A stretch of DNA of 62,978 nt, counting the filler, from Reticulomyxa filosa (lineage: Eukaryota > Protista > Foraminifera), in NCBI GenBank assembly GCA_000512085.1. It is 14 parts of 14 records of this genome, joined end to end, with 100 filler letters (N's around TTAATTAATTAA, not from the genome) between each part and the next. Parts side by side here need not be neighbours in the genome. Positions count along the whole stretch, not along the records: positions 29,465 to 35,711 come from ASPP01011689.1; positions 35,812 to 40,379 come from ASPP01001465.1; positions 40,480 to 41,875 come from ASPP01037132.1; positions 41,976 to 44,170 come from ASPP01009457.1; 10 more parts are not named here. The stretch is one strand, 5' to 3'. The position numbers were made by a program, and so were the translations under genes. Of the stretch, positions 29,365 to 43,498 are shown in pieces. The notes beneath the pieces are model-generated. The model was not told the origin of the DNA and searched no databases. It saw only the letters and a list, made by a program, of their open reading frames with translations. Position 1 is the stretch's first letter, and every line of letters starts with the position of its first letter.

Positions 29365-29464
29365 NNNNNNNNNNNNNNNNNNNNNNNNNNNNNNNNNNNN
29401 NNNNNNNNTTAATTAATTAANNNNNNNNNNNNNNNNNNNNNNNNNNNNNNNNNNNNNNNNNNNN

Positions 29465-30114
29465 CACAACCACAACCACAATCACAATTGCAATCACAGA
29501 CTCAGCTCCAATCTCAGTCTCAATCTCAACAGCTTCAACCTCAATCTCAACCTCGACCACCTCAACTTAAACCTCAACCTCAACCCCAACTTCAATCTCA
29601 ACCCCAGACGCAACTTCAGCTTCAGGTTCAATTACAACCACAACACCAAAGCCAAAGTCAAGGCTCAAATCAACGCCATATGCAAGCCCCGGGCAATGGA
29701 AAGTGCCAAACCAAAAACCAAAGCACCAATTCCACTCCCCCAAAAAATGACACTTTGGTATGGAACGCTTCTGCTTCTCGTCTCTGGCACAGTGAAGAAG
29801 ACAAAAGTGGCTCGAATGCCAATGGAAAAAATAAATTTGTCATGACTGCAGAAAACATTGCTATGCTTCAGCAGGAATATGATGATGCCAGTGACAGTGA
29901 GTCCAAGGACATCACCGATCCCCTGATCGAACATGCCAAAAACACTACACGATATCTCTCCACTTCTTTTCTACAAGAAAGAAATAGGGATGATGTTGAT
30001 GATAATGATGTCGATGATGGCAATGATAACAACAATGAAACTGCCAGTGAAAAAGTTTCACGAGCGTCTTTCCCAAATTCACAAGATACTGTCCATCGAA
30101 AACAAATCATTTAA
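29465..30114 (+). CDS. C-terminal part of a Gln/Pro-rich hypothetical protein
   Basis: Open frame from the contig start with QPQ/QSQ repeats and an acidic tail; stop at 30114. Confidence 0.6.
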
Positions 30115-31020
30115 TTTTTTTTTTCCTCTGCCCAACACGGGGGGTTAACTTTTTGGAACACAGCAAGTGATTGCACGGAGGAAAAGAGTAGACAAAATAT
30201 CATGTATTTTTTATTTCTTCCAAGCAGTTTGAATATTGTTGTTACTCATTTTTAAAGACTTATTTTTTCCTTATGTCGAGCAAAAGGCGTTGAACTATCC
30301 TTGAAAATATCGTCGACACTAAACGGCAAATTGTGTATTTCGTGGTCAGCAAAGTGTATTCACATTGTATTGCTTGCAACAATTGTATTCAATTCTTGCG
30401 ACAGATATATTTATAGGTTTACTTTAACGCTCTTTTTATGAATAATTTTCTTTTGTAGATGAACTTCGTTTAACACTAAAAGTATAATATAATGAAAGTA
30501 CAAAACTCAGAATCTCTTGTTAATTCTGCAGAAAAATCTAAAAAGACCCGAGAGTTCTCTGAACTTTATGCTCTTGTATTGCTCTCAACATCTCGTAAAC
30601 TAATTTTTTCTACATCTTACTATTCCAACTGAAATTCTCTGTTGCCAATACAATTTTGTTCAATATATTTCTAACCAAATTTTTACCAGTTTTCGTATTA
30701 CATTTAGTATTCAGTCACCAGACGCGCAGAAAGAGTAAGACAAAATCTTTAACTATCAGAATATCTTGACACAACAATGTCCAAAACACAAAGATATTGT
30801 TTTATAATGCTGCAAAACTCTGACTGAATTTGGGCTTAAAGCAACAGTTTTTAGCAAATCCGTTTTATAGAAGAAATAAAAGCCATAAGAAGAGTAGAAG
30901 CTGAACCTAAAACGATTATAATGACAAATTAGTAAATGTATGTCAATGCAAACAATGGCTCAATGATAAATTGTCGAATACTTTTTCTGTTGTATTGAAG
31001 GAGAGAAAGGAAGATGATGT

Positions 31021-32845
31021 TCAGATTTCTTCCAAACAGTGCAACAAATCACCAAGAGTTTTGAAAGAAGGCCTTAAATCGTTAACAATTTGTGCAGCCA
31101 TTAGAAACAACTTACAAACAGATTTGATAACGGCGAAATCAGTTTTTCCTTGATTGATATCCATCTCAGCGTTTTCGAACAGCATATGTGCTTTCACCCC
31201 CATTTCCATTAAACCCAAGGCATCCATTGTTGGGAAATGTGGTAATTCTTTATACACATATTCGACAAAGTTGATAACACTTTGTGGCCTCATTTCTTCG
31301 TTCATCGCGCTGGCTGGTGGCATCCATCGTATCTTTTTTTTTTGTTCCACCACCCAACACATACACAAACGTATACCATACTTCACCCAATAAAAAAATT
31401 TATCAAGAGAACAAAATCAAACAACCAAAAAAAAAAAAAAAAAGAAACTAAACAAAATCATTTTGAATGCGATCAATGAGGAGCTGACTGGAATTACTAT
31501 GACCATGAGTTTGACTGTAATTATCGTCATTGTCACGATAATAACTGATTTGTGTGAGAAGATCTTCCCCACCCATAATATCATAATAAAGAGGATCTTT
31601 ATCGTGAATGACATCGTCAATTTGCCAAGGGCTAATAAAGCGATGATTTTGGCCTCCAGAGCAAATGTCGATATAGTACTTGTCATCCTTGTATTTCTTC
31701 AGCCACAGGACTTCAATGCTCTGATACATGGACTTTTTGAACAACATATTGCACGGACGAATGTTGGTGACCAAGCCGATGCGTTTCTTCAAAGTGGCCA
31801 CGCCGCCACGATACATTTGAACAAACGAGCAACCAATCAAATTGGACACACCAACGAGCGACGCGTGTTTGTGGCTACGCTCATATCGAAGCGGACATAG
31901 CAAATAATTGGACAGTGCAGATATACCATTGCCACTGCAAATATCATGCACCACGATATGAGTTGTCATTTCGTCCGTCTTTGTTTCATCTCGTTGCTGT
32001 CGAGATCGATGTCGCGCTTGATGTCGGCTGCTATTTTGAAAACCGCTATTGTTGTTGATAACACTGGTTGAAAGATGGTCGTCACAAGGGGTCCCAATCA
32101 GCGGCTTGAGAATGCAAATGTGCCAGTTGCGCAACTGCGAAGTGTTCATTTCTGTTTTTGAATCACTTGTGTCCAAGTTGTTTTTATATACCGAGACGAC
32201 CGATGAAGGCACAATACCGTTATTCACTTTCGCCAAATCCATAATCTGCTTCAGGTGCTTTTCAAACACTGCCACGTTCTTGTTGTAGATGCTGTTGACT
32301 ATCACGCTCTTGAAATTGTTCACCCATTGGATGTACTCTTCCACAATCAATATCACGTGGTCGCCGCATGAATACTTTATCTGTGTTGGCTCGTAAGGCT
32401 CGTCTTCATTTGGCATGGCGTCTTTCATTTCCAACATTTGCTTGTCGTTCTCGTTTTCGTTCTCACACTCCATTTCTCTTTCTCTCCAGCCGCCGTTACG
32501 TGATCCTACACTCTGCTTTGCTTTTCTTTCTTTCTGTAATAAGTCTTCCTCCTTATTCCAGTGCACAAGAATATACACAACACGAGAGATTTTAGAAATA
32601 ATTCACACCCCACTGAACACACAAAATTGACCATTTGATCATCGGAAACAGTACCCACTTCTTCGTTTGTCACTTTGGAAAAGTCCCTGGAACGTTCCAA
32701 CCAAGAAGTTAGAAAACACAGTTCAGAGAGCTCTTTATTTTTTTGTACTAGCAAAAAGCCTTATGCTAAAATTTTTAACATTTACTATTAATCTTTTTTT
32801 AAAAACACTAATCAAATATAACTGGACTGTATGCTCTTTTTCCAT
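31021..32845 (-). CDS. Multi-exon hypothetical protein with a possible SAM-dependent methyltransferase motif I; start approximate
   Basis: ORFs 32506-32754, 31448-32578 and 31021-31386 are separated by intron-like tracts; IVVHDICSGNGISAL resembles class I MTase motif I. Confidence 0.5.
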
Positions 32846-33491
32846 GATATACACGAAAGTGACATTTTATTTTTATTTTTAAAGAAGCCAAGTCGAACAT
32901 TTTTTTTTTATCAATCTTTTACCTTCTCATTAAGGTGATACTGATATTGGCTTGGACAATTGTTCTTAAACCTAAATTAACAAAGTTATGTTAAGTGTTG
33001 AAACTATCAAATTTATCATAATTGCCAGATGAACTGATCTTTTTGAAATATAAAAACATTGATCTTGTTGTACCCGTTTAGCTGTTAAATGATTTAAACT
33101 TTTGGCTTGTAATCAATTAACTACAATCGACAGCAAAAAGATATTTTCCTAAAATGAACTACTACAAACATTTATAAGTTTATTTGTGAAAAAACAATAC
33201 CTTTCAAAATTTTTAAAAAATGATATAAAAAAAAATAAAACTCTTGATGTCTTCAACTTTTGATACCATAACAAATCATTAATTTTTTTCAAAACATGAA
33301 AAACACTAAGTGGCAGAGTTTTTAATGTTTCCCCTTTAGACTTTGTAGTTATTGTAATGATTGTTTTCAGTTGATTTTTTTGTTAATTAGTCTTGCATTT
33401 TTGAGTTTGGGTCATTTGGCCATGACTGGCTGTATGTGGATGAAAAAAGTGAGATGACGAAAATCAAGAAGAGCCTAGATTTGTTCAGATA

Positions 33492-33746
33492 ATGTTTGAT
33501 TATTCTGAAAAAATTGAAGAGTCAAGAGCAAAAGAAAAACGCGAATCTTTAAGATTACCAGAGGGCGATGACTGGGCTTCCCATTTGTTTGGAAAACAAT
33601 ACAGTGTTCACGGCTCCAAATACAATAAAACTGTGCAGTCTCCTGTCGCTGATATTAATTTAGATGCTCTTGACGAGACTCTATCTCGAAGAACTTCTTC
33701 AGTACAAAATCGAAGTAAGTCTCCTTTGCCGCCCTCTTCTTCTTAA
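33492..33746 (+). CDS. Small hypothetical protein (84 aa)
   Basis: ATG-initiated ORF with coding-like composition inside AT-rich intergenic DNA. Confidence 0.45.
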   Translation: MFDYSEKIEESRAKEKRESLRLPEGDDWASHLFGKQYSVHGSKYNKTVQSPVADINLDALDETLSRRTSSVQNRSKSPLPPSSS

Positions 33747-35230
33747 CTTGTTTTTTTTGTTAAATCATGAGAAAATTATCGAAGAGAATTTGTAGACTAA
33801 TAAATGAGTTTTTTTCTTGTTGTTCGTTTGTTTTTTTTTGTGATGTGCATTTTAAGAGAAAGGTTTAAAAAATTTTGTGATGAAACAATGCAATGAATAT
33901 TGCACGATCGATTCTGAATCACTTTTGTGCTGTTTTTCTCTTCTTTTTTTTTCTAGCGGGGAAAATGAGGGTGTGATCTTTTTATGTTGTTATAACTTGA
34001 ATTTGTCGATCATCACCTAATTAATCTAGTCTTGTATAGCGATCAAACAATAAAGAGATATTATTTCAATATCACTGAATTTTCAAGAATGGAATACGAT
34101 CCAGATCAACTATCAAACTCCAATTGATAAATAACTTGCTAGAGTAAAAATGTTATCTCAAAACGTGATTTTTCACAAATATTTATTCCAAAGATAAGGA
34201 CTAAAACTTTCGTCAGTAAAAAAAGATTGGCCTTACTCAGGTCAGACAACACTGTTTTTTTTTATTACACTTTTATCAAAAATTAAATATATTTTTGAAT
34301 CCTCCAGGATGTGTAGATATTATTTGAGAAAAGAATTGTGAAAAAATATTGATTTTCATGAGTAAACTCAAGTATTTATAAGATTCATTCTAGGCCAATC
34401 TTTTTTTGCTGTCAATTGTAAGTAATATGTGCAAAAAAACTTAAGTTTCACTGACCAAGGTTTTCAATTTGCAAAAATTTTTTTATTATTCAATCTATTG
34501 CAATAAACTACAAGTTCGAATTATACAAAAAATTTTGTGAAACAAATTTGATCGATACTAACAGAAAAAAACTTTTGAAACCCAAACTGAAGTGAAATTT
34601 CTAGGTGTATTGCCCTTGCAAGGAAAGGAATTATTATTTGGAATACAATGACAACAAGTTAATTTTGCTTCTGTTTGGTTCCATTCAATTCTGTATTATT
34701 GCATATATAGTGCTAAATGTGTCAAGTAAACGGTCAAATTTTTGATTGAGAAAGCGCTCTTACACTTGCAGAAAATGTGCTTCTTTGAGCAAACAAATTG
34801 TGCACAATAGCTAATTTTTTCTCTCTCCCCTTCGTTTTTTTTTTTAAAAAACTTCGCCAAGTGGTTGCATGACCAAATTGACAAATTGAGCCAAACAATG
34901 AAAAAAAAGTGAAAATGTTTTTGGTTTTTGTCAATTGAAAAAAGGTACGAATAATTCGACAGTATCAACAAAAAAATTGAACGAAGTAAACGGATCATCA
35001 TCTCCAGCACAAATAAAGCCACTTGACACAAAGACATCCCGGTTGACGAAAGACTCTTCAATGTTGCAGCACGTGTCATCTCAATCAGGCGTCGTCAATA
35101 ACGAGACAAGTTAACAAATGGAGGAGGGAAAAAAAAAAAGAATGGTAAAAGTTTTTTGATAAGAAAGAAAGGGGACAACAAAATTTGTCCCTATGCAAAT
35201 TTATTGATTGACAAACTACTATCCATCCAT

Positions 35231-35269
<39 letters not shown>

Positions 35270-35271
<2 letters not shown>

Positions 35272-35668
35272 GTAAATGATTGTTATGAAAAATTCGGCCA
35301 CAAATATCACATTGGAAATTCTTTTGGTCATGCGACAAGACATGACGTTTAATTTTGGTAAGGTCTTGAACAGGTTTACGACAATTGCATAGACAGTCGT
35401 AGTATTTGTGATCATTGGCATCTTTCCATACACGAATTCGAGCATAGGCAGCGTTGCTTGCAGGCGGCTTACTGAAAAAATCGTTCACGCCAGACGCGCT
35501 GCCTAGTTTTTCAAACTCGGTTCGGACACCGCCCCTTTGAAACCCTTTCGCCTTTGAGTTGGGATTGGGATCACGGATTACACTTGTTCGACCGCGCACA
35601 TTCGCTGTGTCTTCCACCGAATACCAGCCGCTGAACGTCAGTTCGCTCCTGTTACAAACCCATTTCAA
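35270..35668 (-). CDS. C2H2 zinc-finger protein, internal exon (partial)
   Basis: YYDCLCNCRKPVQDLTKIKRHVLSH followed by FQCDICGRIFHNNHLQ; flanked by homopolymer intron tracts. Confidence 0.65.
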
Positions 35669-35669
35669 T

Positions 35670-35711
<42 letters not shown>

Positions 35712-35811
35712 NNNNNNNNNNNNNNNNNNNNNNNNNNNNNNNNNNNNNNNNNNNNTTAATTAATTAANNNNNNNNNNNNNNNNNNNNNNNNNNNNNNNNN
35801 NNNNNNNNNNN

Positions 35812-35846
<35 letters not shown>

Positions 35847-35966
35847 CAAAACAAACATTTTAAAAAAAATTAGAAATAACGTAAATTTACATATGAAAAC
35901 ACAAAATTTTGTATATCTCGATATATATAAATCCTTAAGTAAATCCTTAAGGAATTAGTTTAAAAA

Positions 35967-38900
35967 ATGTCGTATCGCCACGATCAAGTTGATTGTGGTA
36001 CTTAGCGGTTGCCAGAACACTTGGTTACGCCAAGTCAAAATCGTTCGAAAGATATATACAACTTTCAAAGGCCAGCAACAACTAGCGAGAAACGAACAAT
36101 ACCAACCAGTGAAATTTCCTTTCGAGACATCACATCGATTTTATTCGCGTTTCCCCTTTAGCCAATCAAAATTCTCGATTTGGGCAATGAACCTGTTGCC
36201 ACCACAACACAACCGTATGTAGTGAATGAGAGACAAAAATTCAAAACAGACAGCACCGCAATCAAAGGCACAGCAAGCTTACTGGCAACTGGACGAACAT
36301 TGCAAATACACGAACATTCCAACGCAGAAAAAGATACCAGCCAAAGTGGATACTAGCCAATTGCACCAGATACTTGGAACCGATAAAACCCGCGTAATTG
36401 AGATGATGCCACCTAAGCCACCACCGATCCAATCACCAAATCAGCCAGTACAGTCACCGAAACACATTGCAAGCACAGAAACCACAATTCCCATTCCTGA
36501 TGATATCCCTCAGCCAAAACCATTCAGCAAGCGAAAACGCGGACGTACCCGCGTTGGAACCCAACAACCAATCGATAGCGTCCAATGAACTCGATGACAA
36601 CCAAGAATTCCATGACCAAAATCTATCCAGCAATACACAAGATGACAATGCCTCCAGCGATGATACATCGGATTATAACAATAAAATTGCACAGCAGCAG
36701 CAAGAAGTTCTCAGTGAGCCCAACGATGAGAAAGAGGCAGCCATGATTGACGCCTTCGCAAAGGATGATATCTATGATATTGATTACGATGCAGTCCCGG
36801 ACCCACAAATCACCATACCAAGAGTAGATGATCTACAGTGAACAGACATTTGTCCAGTCAATGGATGCGGTGCAACCTTCAAACCAATCGTGGGCCTGCA
36901 CTTACATGTGAACAAGCACATCGCAAGAGATCCTGACACCGTTATACCACCGGCATATTACAATACATACAAAAGAATATCATGTCCACTGTCGAATCAC
37001 AATACCAGCAAATCACGAAATACAGGGTATGCACCCCAAATGTTCAAAGGCGCTGAATCGCCAACAACCACAAATAACAGAAATCAAAGTTGATTTCAAT
37101 AGTCCCAGCGCAGATGATGAATTAACACAATGGAGATTTCCAATACCAGAAGAAATTGCATTATATTCCGCAAAAATCATTGATAGAATTCCACAATCAG
37201 CAAGAGGCCATTTCGCATCGATCGCCAGTTTGGTATTACTGGATATTTTACAAAATAATAATAAAGAATCTTGGGCAAAATGGATGACATTAATACGAAG
37301 GATACTGTGGACACCTAATAGGGGGGGAAGACGCACATTAACCAAACAGCCAAGGTGATAATAAACAGAACTAAATTGTGGAGGGAACAGAACTTCACTC
37401 AATTATGGAAGGATTTCCTGTCGCATTCCGGAAGCGTGTATGAAGCAATCAAAACACCCCACCCGCGAAACCCAATGCAGCTACAAAAAATAAAAGATGT
37501 ATCAAATTTGCCGCCATCGAGAATTGTCAAAAGCCTTCAAGGCCCTGTTGCCATCTCCTTCTATGATATACGATGACCAAGCCATTGCAGGGACCCCAAC
37601 ATGCCACATATACCAACACACAAACACATCACCGTAGAAGAATTGACCAAATACATTAACAAATTGAGTATATCATCGTCAGGGAGAATAGACCTATTCA
37701 CAGCATTTGATTGATCTGGTGCCATACCAAGCCTAGTCGAACACATTGACCAATTGGACGAAAGTTGCTCAATTAATAATTGAAGGAAGAGTTTGCCTAG
37801 ATGCACGGGCCATCGCCTATGGTGCCAGGTTAATAGCCATCCCCAAGCCAGATAACACACCAAGGCCAATCGCAATATGATCATTATTCCGTCGATCAGC
37901 AGGTGCCATCCTCCTCCAAAGGCATTCGGAAACGATTTCAAAAATACTCGGGCCAAACCAACTGGGCGTGAATGTCAAATAATGCATCGAGATCTTCTCC
38001 CAAGGCTTCAAGGCTATAAGCAAACACATTCAAACAAATAATAAAGGTGTTTTAGTTAAAATTGATTTCCAAAATGCATTTAACTCTTGCAAGCGAAGAA
38101 AATTATTGGAGCTGGTAAGAATGCAGGTCCCCGAATTATATGGATACGCAAAAGGCTGTTATGCTACACACGCACCATTATTTCTGCCCACTGGTCACAC
38201 GATCCTATCCAAATCTGGAGTCCACCAAGGAGATCCACTAGGATGAACCTTTTTTGCCATAGCCTAGCCGATGCATTAAAGCTATCAATCTCTTCAGTCT
38301 CCAATTTGTTCCATGCAGCCTATCACGATTATTTGACCATTGCAGCAGACGATCCACAACACGTGATTCGAGCAGTCACGTTACTCCTTACCACAGCCTA
38401 TACACATGTACAAAGATTAATTTGAACAAATGCGAATGGATATCCAACCGCCTCCTACACACATAAAACAAATCCATCACAATCAAACATTTAACACAAC
38501 AATCGTGGCGTCCCGACCGGGGACGATGAATAAATACAAAAAGAGATTTACATAATTCTAAAAGATTGGAACGCACAATTCGAGAATCTGTTAAGTTTGA
38601 AGCACTCACAAACCATGTTACTCCTTCTCAGGAACTCATTGAATGCAACCAAAGCTACGTTCCATATGCGAGCCAATTTTATCAAAGCAGCCCATAATTG
38701 GACCACTTCCTTCGACGAAAAGGTAAAGCACACTACGGAATCAATACTGGCATGCCCCCTAAATACGCAACCACACAATAATATTATCGATTGCACTCTT
38801 ATTCCGAATCAATCCTGATTAGCCAAAAACGTTGTAGCACGTATACAAGGCGAATTCCGAGAAAAAATGACCCCGGATCATCGCACACTGGTGATAGCAA

Positions 38901-39560
38901 TCTCCAATCCATACCCATCCGGATATCTCAACGCTCGGCCAAGCAAATTCCAACGTTCATTATTCGATAACGGGGAACTTCAAGCCCTGCTCCGATTTCG
39001 GCTGGGGCAGAGCAAACGTCCAGCACCAAGTGTCAAGCAAACCCCGCCTGTATGACATCTATGGACAAACAAGGCAACCACGCGTTGTGTTGCCATTTCG
39101 GAAGAGGCCGAATAGCCCGTCACGATGGTATAGTTGCCTGCATTTCCAACCTTTTGAAGCGTGCAGCTGTCCCACGCGAGAGTGAAGTTCGGGCCAACAA
39201 TGAAATAAACCACAGGCCATGCGATATCTGCCTGAAGTTGTTCGGGGACAACTTTGACGTAAAATGCCTAGATATAGGCATTACACATCAAAACATTATC
39301 AACCAACGAGAACACAGATAATTGGGCTTTGGAGAGGTACCGACGGGTGAAGATCATAAAGCACAGACTTCGGTGCGAGCAAGCGAACAAGTCGTTTACC
39401 CCCTCATTGCGGAGGCTACATGTGGATGGCAGGCTGGCCCAGGTAATTTTCGACAAGGATGGCGAAGACCTATTCAAGATCAAAGAGCAAGTATACAATG
39501 CATTGAGCATTCAACTTCAAAAAGGGAATGCGCGAATGCTCAACTCCCATTGCGCATAGA
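35967..39560 (+). mobile_element. Degenerate near-full-length CRE/SLACS-like non-LTR retrotransposon (zinc finger, RT, restriction-like endonuclease)
   Basis: C2H2 CPVNGCGATFKPIVGLHLHVNKH (~36850-36920). RT motifs LIAIPKPDNTPRPIAI (~37830-37877), KIDFQNAFNSCKR (~38058-38096), GVHQGDPLG (~38217-38243), AYHDY (decayed YxDD, ~38318). MDKQGNHALCCHFGRGRIARHD and RPCDI...CLDIGITH (RLE region). Many stops and frameshifts. Confidence 0.85.
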
Positions 39561-40616
39561 AAGGGGCACAAAGTAACGATCATGAACATGATCCCGAATG
39601 ATGAAAGTTGATTTCAGAATAAAGTTCCTGCTTTTCCATAGACCCCGTTCACGCACAATAAGTATTTCTACAATATGTTCTGGATCAGCTGATAAAAGTA
39701 TTCATTTGCGTGATATTCGATTAAACAAACAAATTAATATATTTAAGAGACATACAATTACTGTACAATAATAATGTAGCTGAACATCAATTATTAATTC
39801 GAATATAATATGTTCTGGATTACTTGATAATACGATTCGTTTTTGGGGCTTCAAACAATAAACAATTGCATGTGATCAAAGGAAATGAAAATGATGGTGG
39901 AATGCTTTCTCTTACATTTTTACCATTGAAAAATAAAGAAAATGTAAGGAAAAAAATTGATAACAGTGTTTATAATGTCAATTTATGTTATGGTTTAAGT
40001 AAAATCTCATTCATATTTGGGGATAATACAAAAAAACAGATACCTTGGAAAAGTAAAATTTATATTAATTTTTTTTATTTTGTTAATTTTGATGTAATGA
40101 CAACGAAATATGTGAAACATTTAGTGAAAAGCATTTTGTTTTTCATTGATAATTTATATTTACATAATTTAGTTTTGCATTTTGTTTATTTCATTTGAGG
40201 GACACTGAACTTCTTTCATATCAATTCTAAGCAAAGTTGAGTTTACAAAATTATTTATTAAGAAAAACAATTTGCAAAGAGTAGCCCAAGAAAAGCGGTT
40301 CAATTAATGGCAAATCAAAAACAAAATACGTCAAATGTAGGGAATTTGTTCGTAGGAATAAATTGATTCAAAAACTGTANNNNNNNNNNNNNNNNNNNNN
40401 NNNNNNNNNNNNNNNNNNNNNNNTTAATTAATTAANNNNNNNNNNNNNNNNNNNNNNNNNNNNNNNNNNNNNNNNNNNNCTTTGAAACTAAATACTGACA
40501 CCTGTATAATGGCTCTGAAGCTAAAGTTTAAAAGAAATAAAACAACATAACCTTTCATACTTACGGTCAAAAAACTAAACAAGAAAAAAAGCAAAACACA
40601 CATTTTTTTCCCGACT

Positions 40617-41830
40617 TTAAACTAAAATCCAAGGATATTGCATCAATGTGTTAATTCCGGCATGAGGGATGGTTGGCCAATCGCTCCAATCAAATGGTGG
40701 CAAGTCGTCATACGTTGGGCCATTGATGATTTCCGCTTGCATATTCAAAATCATGGAATAATTGGAGGCCTTGGAGTCGTAGCAACCTATTCAATCATTC
40801 ATTTTGTAAAATGACATGGTAATACAAAAACACAGACAAATAAAGAAAAGAACAAACCAAATGGAGATGCTCCCTCCTTCAACAGATCTCCTCGACTGCA
40901 AATGGCCCACATGGGGCTGTCATTTTCAATCGGGTCTACTTGGTAGTTGTTATAACGGAGAATCGACTTGTATTCCTCAAACGTTAGGACGTTGTTTGCA
41001 TCACGGCGGAAGATGCGTGCACGTGGCGCCAAATCGTATGAATTGTTCACGCCCATGGCCTCCACCATTGCAGGGTAGCCACTTTTGTCATAGCCTTTTA
41101 TATATGTATATGTATATAATAGATTGGTATTTTCATTTATTTTGAAACAAACTCTTTACAAACAAACACACTCTATTTTCTTCCTACAAATTATCACATA
41201 TATGTATATATATATATATATTATTTTATTTTATATTAACTTGCAAAATAACCACGACGCAAAATATTGGTCATATCTTGGCCGGCGACTAAGCCAGGGA
41301 TTTGTTCGACTACCCACAGCATATTGTCTGGCAGCGGTTCGTTTGGAGTGAAAGAGCCATAGTTGATAACCATGTATTGGTTGTTGTAAGTGCCACTGTT
41401 TTCTCTGCTCACATATGAATACCAATCTTCTCCACTTGTTGACAGGGCGTTAGCAATACGGACCTATGGTGACGATAATAACAATGGTGATGATGATGTG
41501 TGTGTGTGTGTAGATCATATATAGGCCAGAGAAGATCATAGATTATGAAACACAACACAGAGACACATCAGATATGCAATCGCAACTCGTTGCCATGCAA
41601 ACAATGAGTATGGCGTGACAAGGTCATACAACGTGGCATTGGGTATTCCATTGGTCGTTTGCAACATCGCCAGTCCACTGTCCATGACATAGAAATCATC
41701 CAAGCTCTCCAAATAGCCTGGGTAGCTGCTGAACATCATATGTTTCGTTGGGAAGTTGCTTATCGACGATTGGAATGTGAAATTATAGCGTTTGAATAGC
41801 CGATTGGTATTTTGAAAGATAAACCAACTT
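40617..41830 (-). CDS. Phospholipase B-like (PLBD/LAMA family), 5' partial; multi-exon
   Basis: FSSYPGYLESLDDFY, LQTTN, ENSGTYNNQYMV, EQIPG, APRARIFRRD, RYNNYQVDP, AICSRGDL, CYDSK, INGPT. Confidence 0.92.
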
Positions 41831-42066
41831 TTATTATTATTTCATTATTTGAGGATTGTTTTGGAAGGAGTGTATNNNNNNNNNNNNNNNNNNNNNNNNN
41901 NNNNNNNNNNNNNNNNNNNTTAATTAATTAANNNNNNNNNNNNNNNNNNNNNNNNNNNNNNNNNNNNNNNNNNNNGTTCAATCTTCTCTTCCTCTTCCCT
42001 TCTTCCCCCCCCTTTTTTTTTTTTTTTAAAGCAAGTTTTGTTATATTATGTTTGTTGAAACATTTA

Positions 42067-42987
42067 ACCTCAATGGTTTTGCCTTGCCACGCTTTGCTGT
42101 TGAGAAGCAGCGCGTTTGCAACAGCGACTTTGGATCTGAACTGAATATACGCACACCCCTTTGGCTCGCCGGTGAACTTGTTCGCAAGAAGGGTTACGCG
42201 CTCGACCGCACCGCACGCCTCAAAGTATTCTTTCACCTGGTCCACATTGAGTTGTTTGTCGATCTGTTCAAAAAAAAAAATAAATCCCGCCCTTTTTTTT
42301 TTTTTTTTGGCAACATTTGAATCCACAGTTTTTGTGTAATGTTCTTTTTTTTTTTTTTTTTTAGAAAAAAAAAAAAGGGGGAAAAAATAGTTTTCCATCG
42401 TTTAATTGTACATAATGTTCAAAATAATTTTTTTAAAAATAGTTTAACCGAACATTTTTCACAAAGACAGATCTCTCATCCAATGCTTTTTGATCCTCTT
42501 TCTCACTTATGGAACTTGCATTCGCAATGGCACTGGGGTCGGCGTTATTGTGGTCGGTGGGCGTTGTCAAGTTTGTAGTGGTGATGATGGGGCTGCTTAT
42601 GGTGCCTTGGGCTTGAACTGCGGGGCCGCTCGGAGAGTCGTTGGGAAATTTACTTTTGCTTTGGTTTTGGTTTTTATTCTGCTTCTGATTCTGGCTTGGG
42701 TTTTGATTTTGGGCTGACGTCGGAGTCTGCTTTTGACTTTGACTTTTTTTGCTTGCGTTGTTTGTGTTGGGGTCACCGTTGTCGTTGTCGTCTGCACTGT
42801 TGTCACTGTGTTTTGGTCCTGTTTCTTCCATTCGTCGGCTTAGCTCCATTATCTTTTGCGCTTCCGCCTCCATTGTCATCATTTTCTCTCGAAAATGTGA
42901 CACATCCTCCTCCTCTGGAATGCTGGACGTTGGACGTAAAATATCTTCTTCTGTTTCTTCAAATTCGTTTGCATCAAATTTTGTCAT
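42067..42987 (-). CDS. PABPN1: Nuclear poly(A)-binding protein (PABPN1/PABP2), 3' partial
   Basis: Coiled coil MEAEAQKIMEL; RRM DERSVFVKN|ID...FEACGAVERVTLLANKFTGEPKGCAYIQF. Confidence 0.85.
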
Positions 42988-43498
42988 GATCTCCTTATTT
43001 GCGAGTTTTTTTTTTACATTTTCAATCCTGCTCGTATTTTGTTTCCGTGAAGTTAGGATCATTTTTAATCTACAGACTACTTGCAAAAACAAGTTCGTTT
43101 TGCATTATATTGCTTTTTTTGAATTCCTTCATTTAAAAGCGTTCCAGAATATTAAGAATTAAAAGGAATCATTCCATAATAAAACTAAAGAAATAAGATT
43201 TCCATAAACTCATTATTGGCCGAAAAAACATGTTATTTCTGATTTCTTTAATGTTATTTCAGCAAGTTGTATTTTTTAAAAAAATAATCCAACAATCACA
43301 TACCATCAAATTTTCAATTTAAGATTTACTAAATGCACAAATTATTTTAATTATATTTAACTTTTGCTTTTTTTGACATTTATTTTAAATGTTGCAGTAT
43401 CTGCTGTAAAGTTAAAACGGTCTGTTTGATTTTTATGAAAAAAAGTCAAAAGTACTCTTTTTAAAAATTTTTTAGAGATATAACTCAATCACGATACT

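Noticed and set aside
35812-39560. Non-standard genetic code or programmed frameshifting to explain in-frame stops
   Set aside because: Housekeeping genes here end normally in TAA/TAG/TGA and read without internal stops. Disruptions are confined to TE relics and pseudogenes and include random indels.
39824-40198. 124-aa ORF downstream of the CRE-like element
   Set aside because: AT-rich, non-ATG start, composition typical of non-coding DNA.
42988-43498. Bidirectional promoter between PABPN1 and FBPase (also 50834-51028)
   Set aside because: The divergent arrangement is real, but I can identify no motif and short intergenic spacing is normal here.
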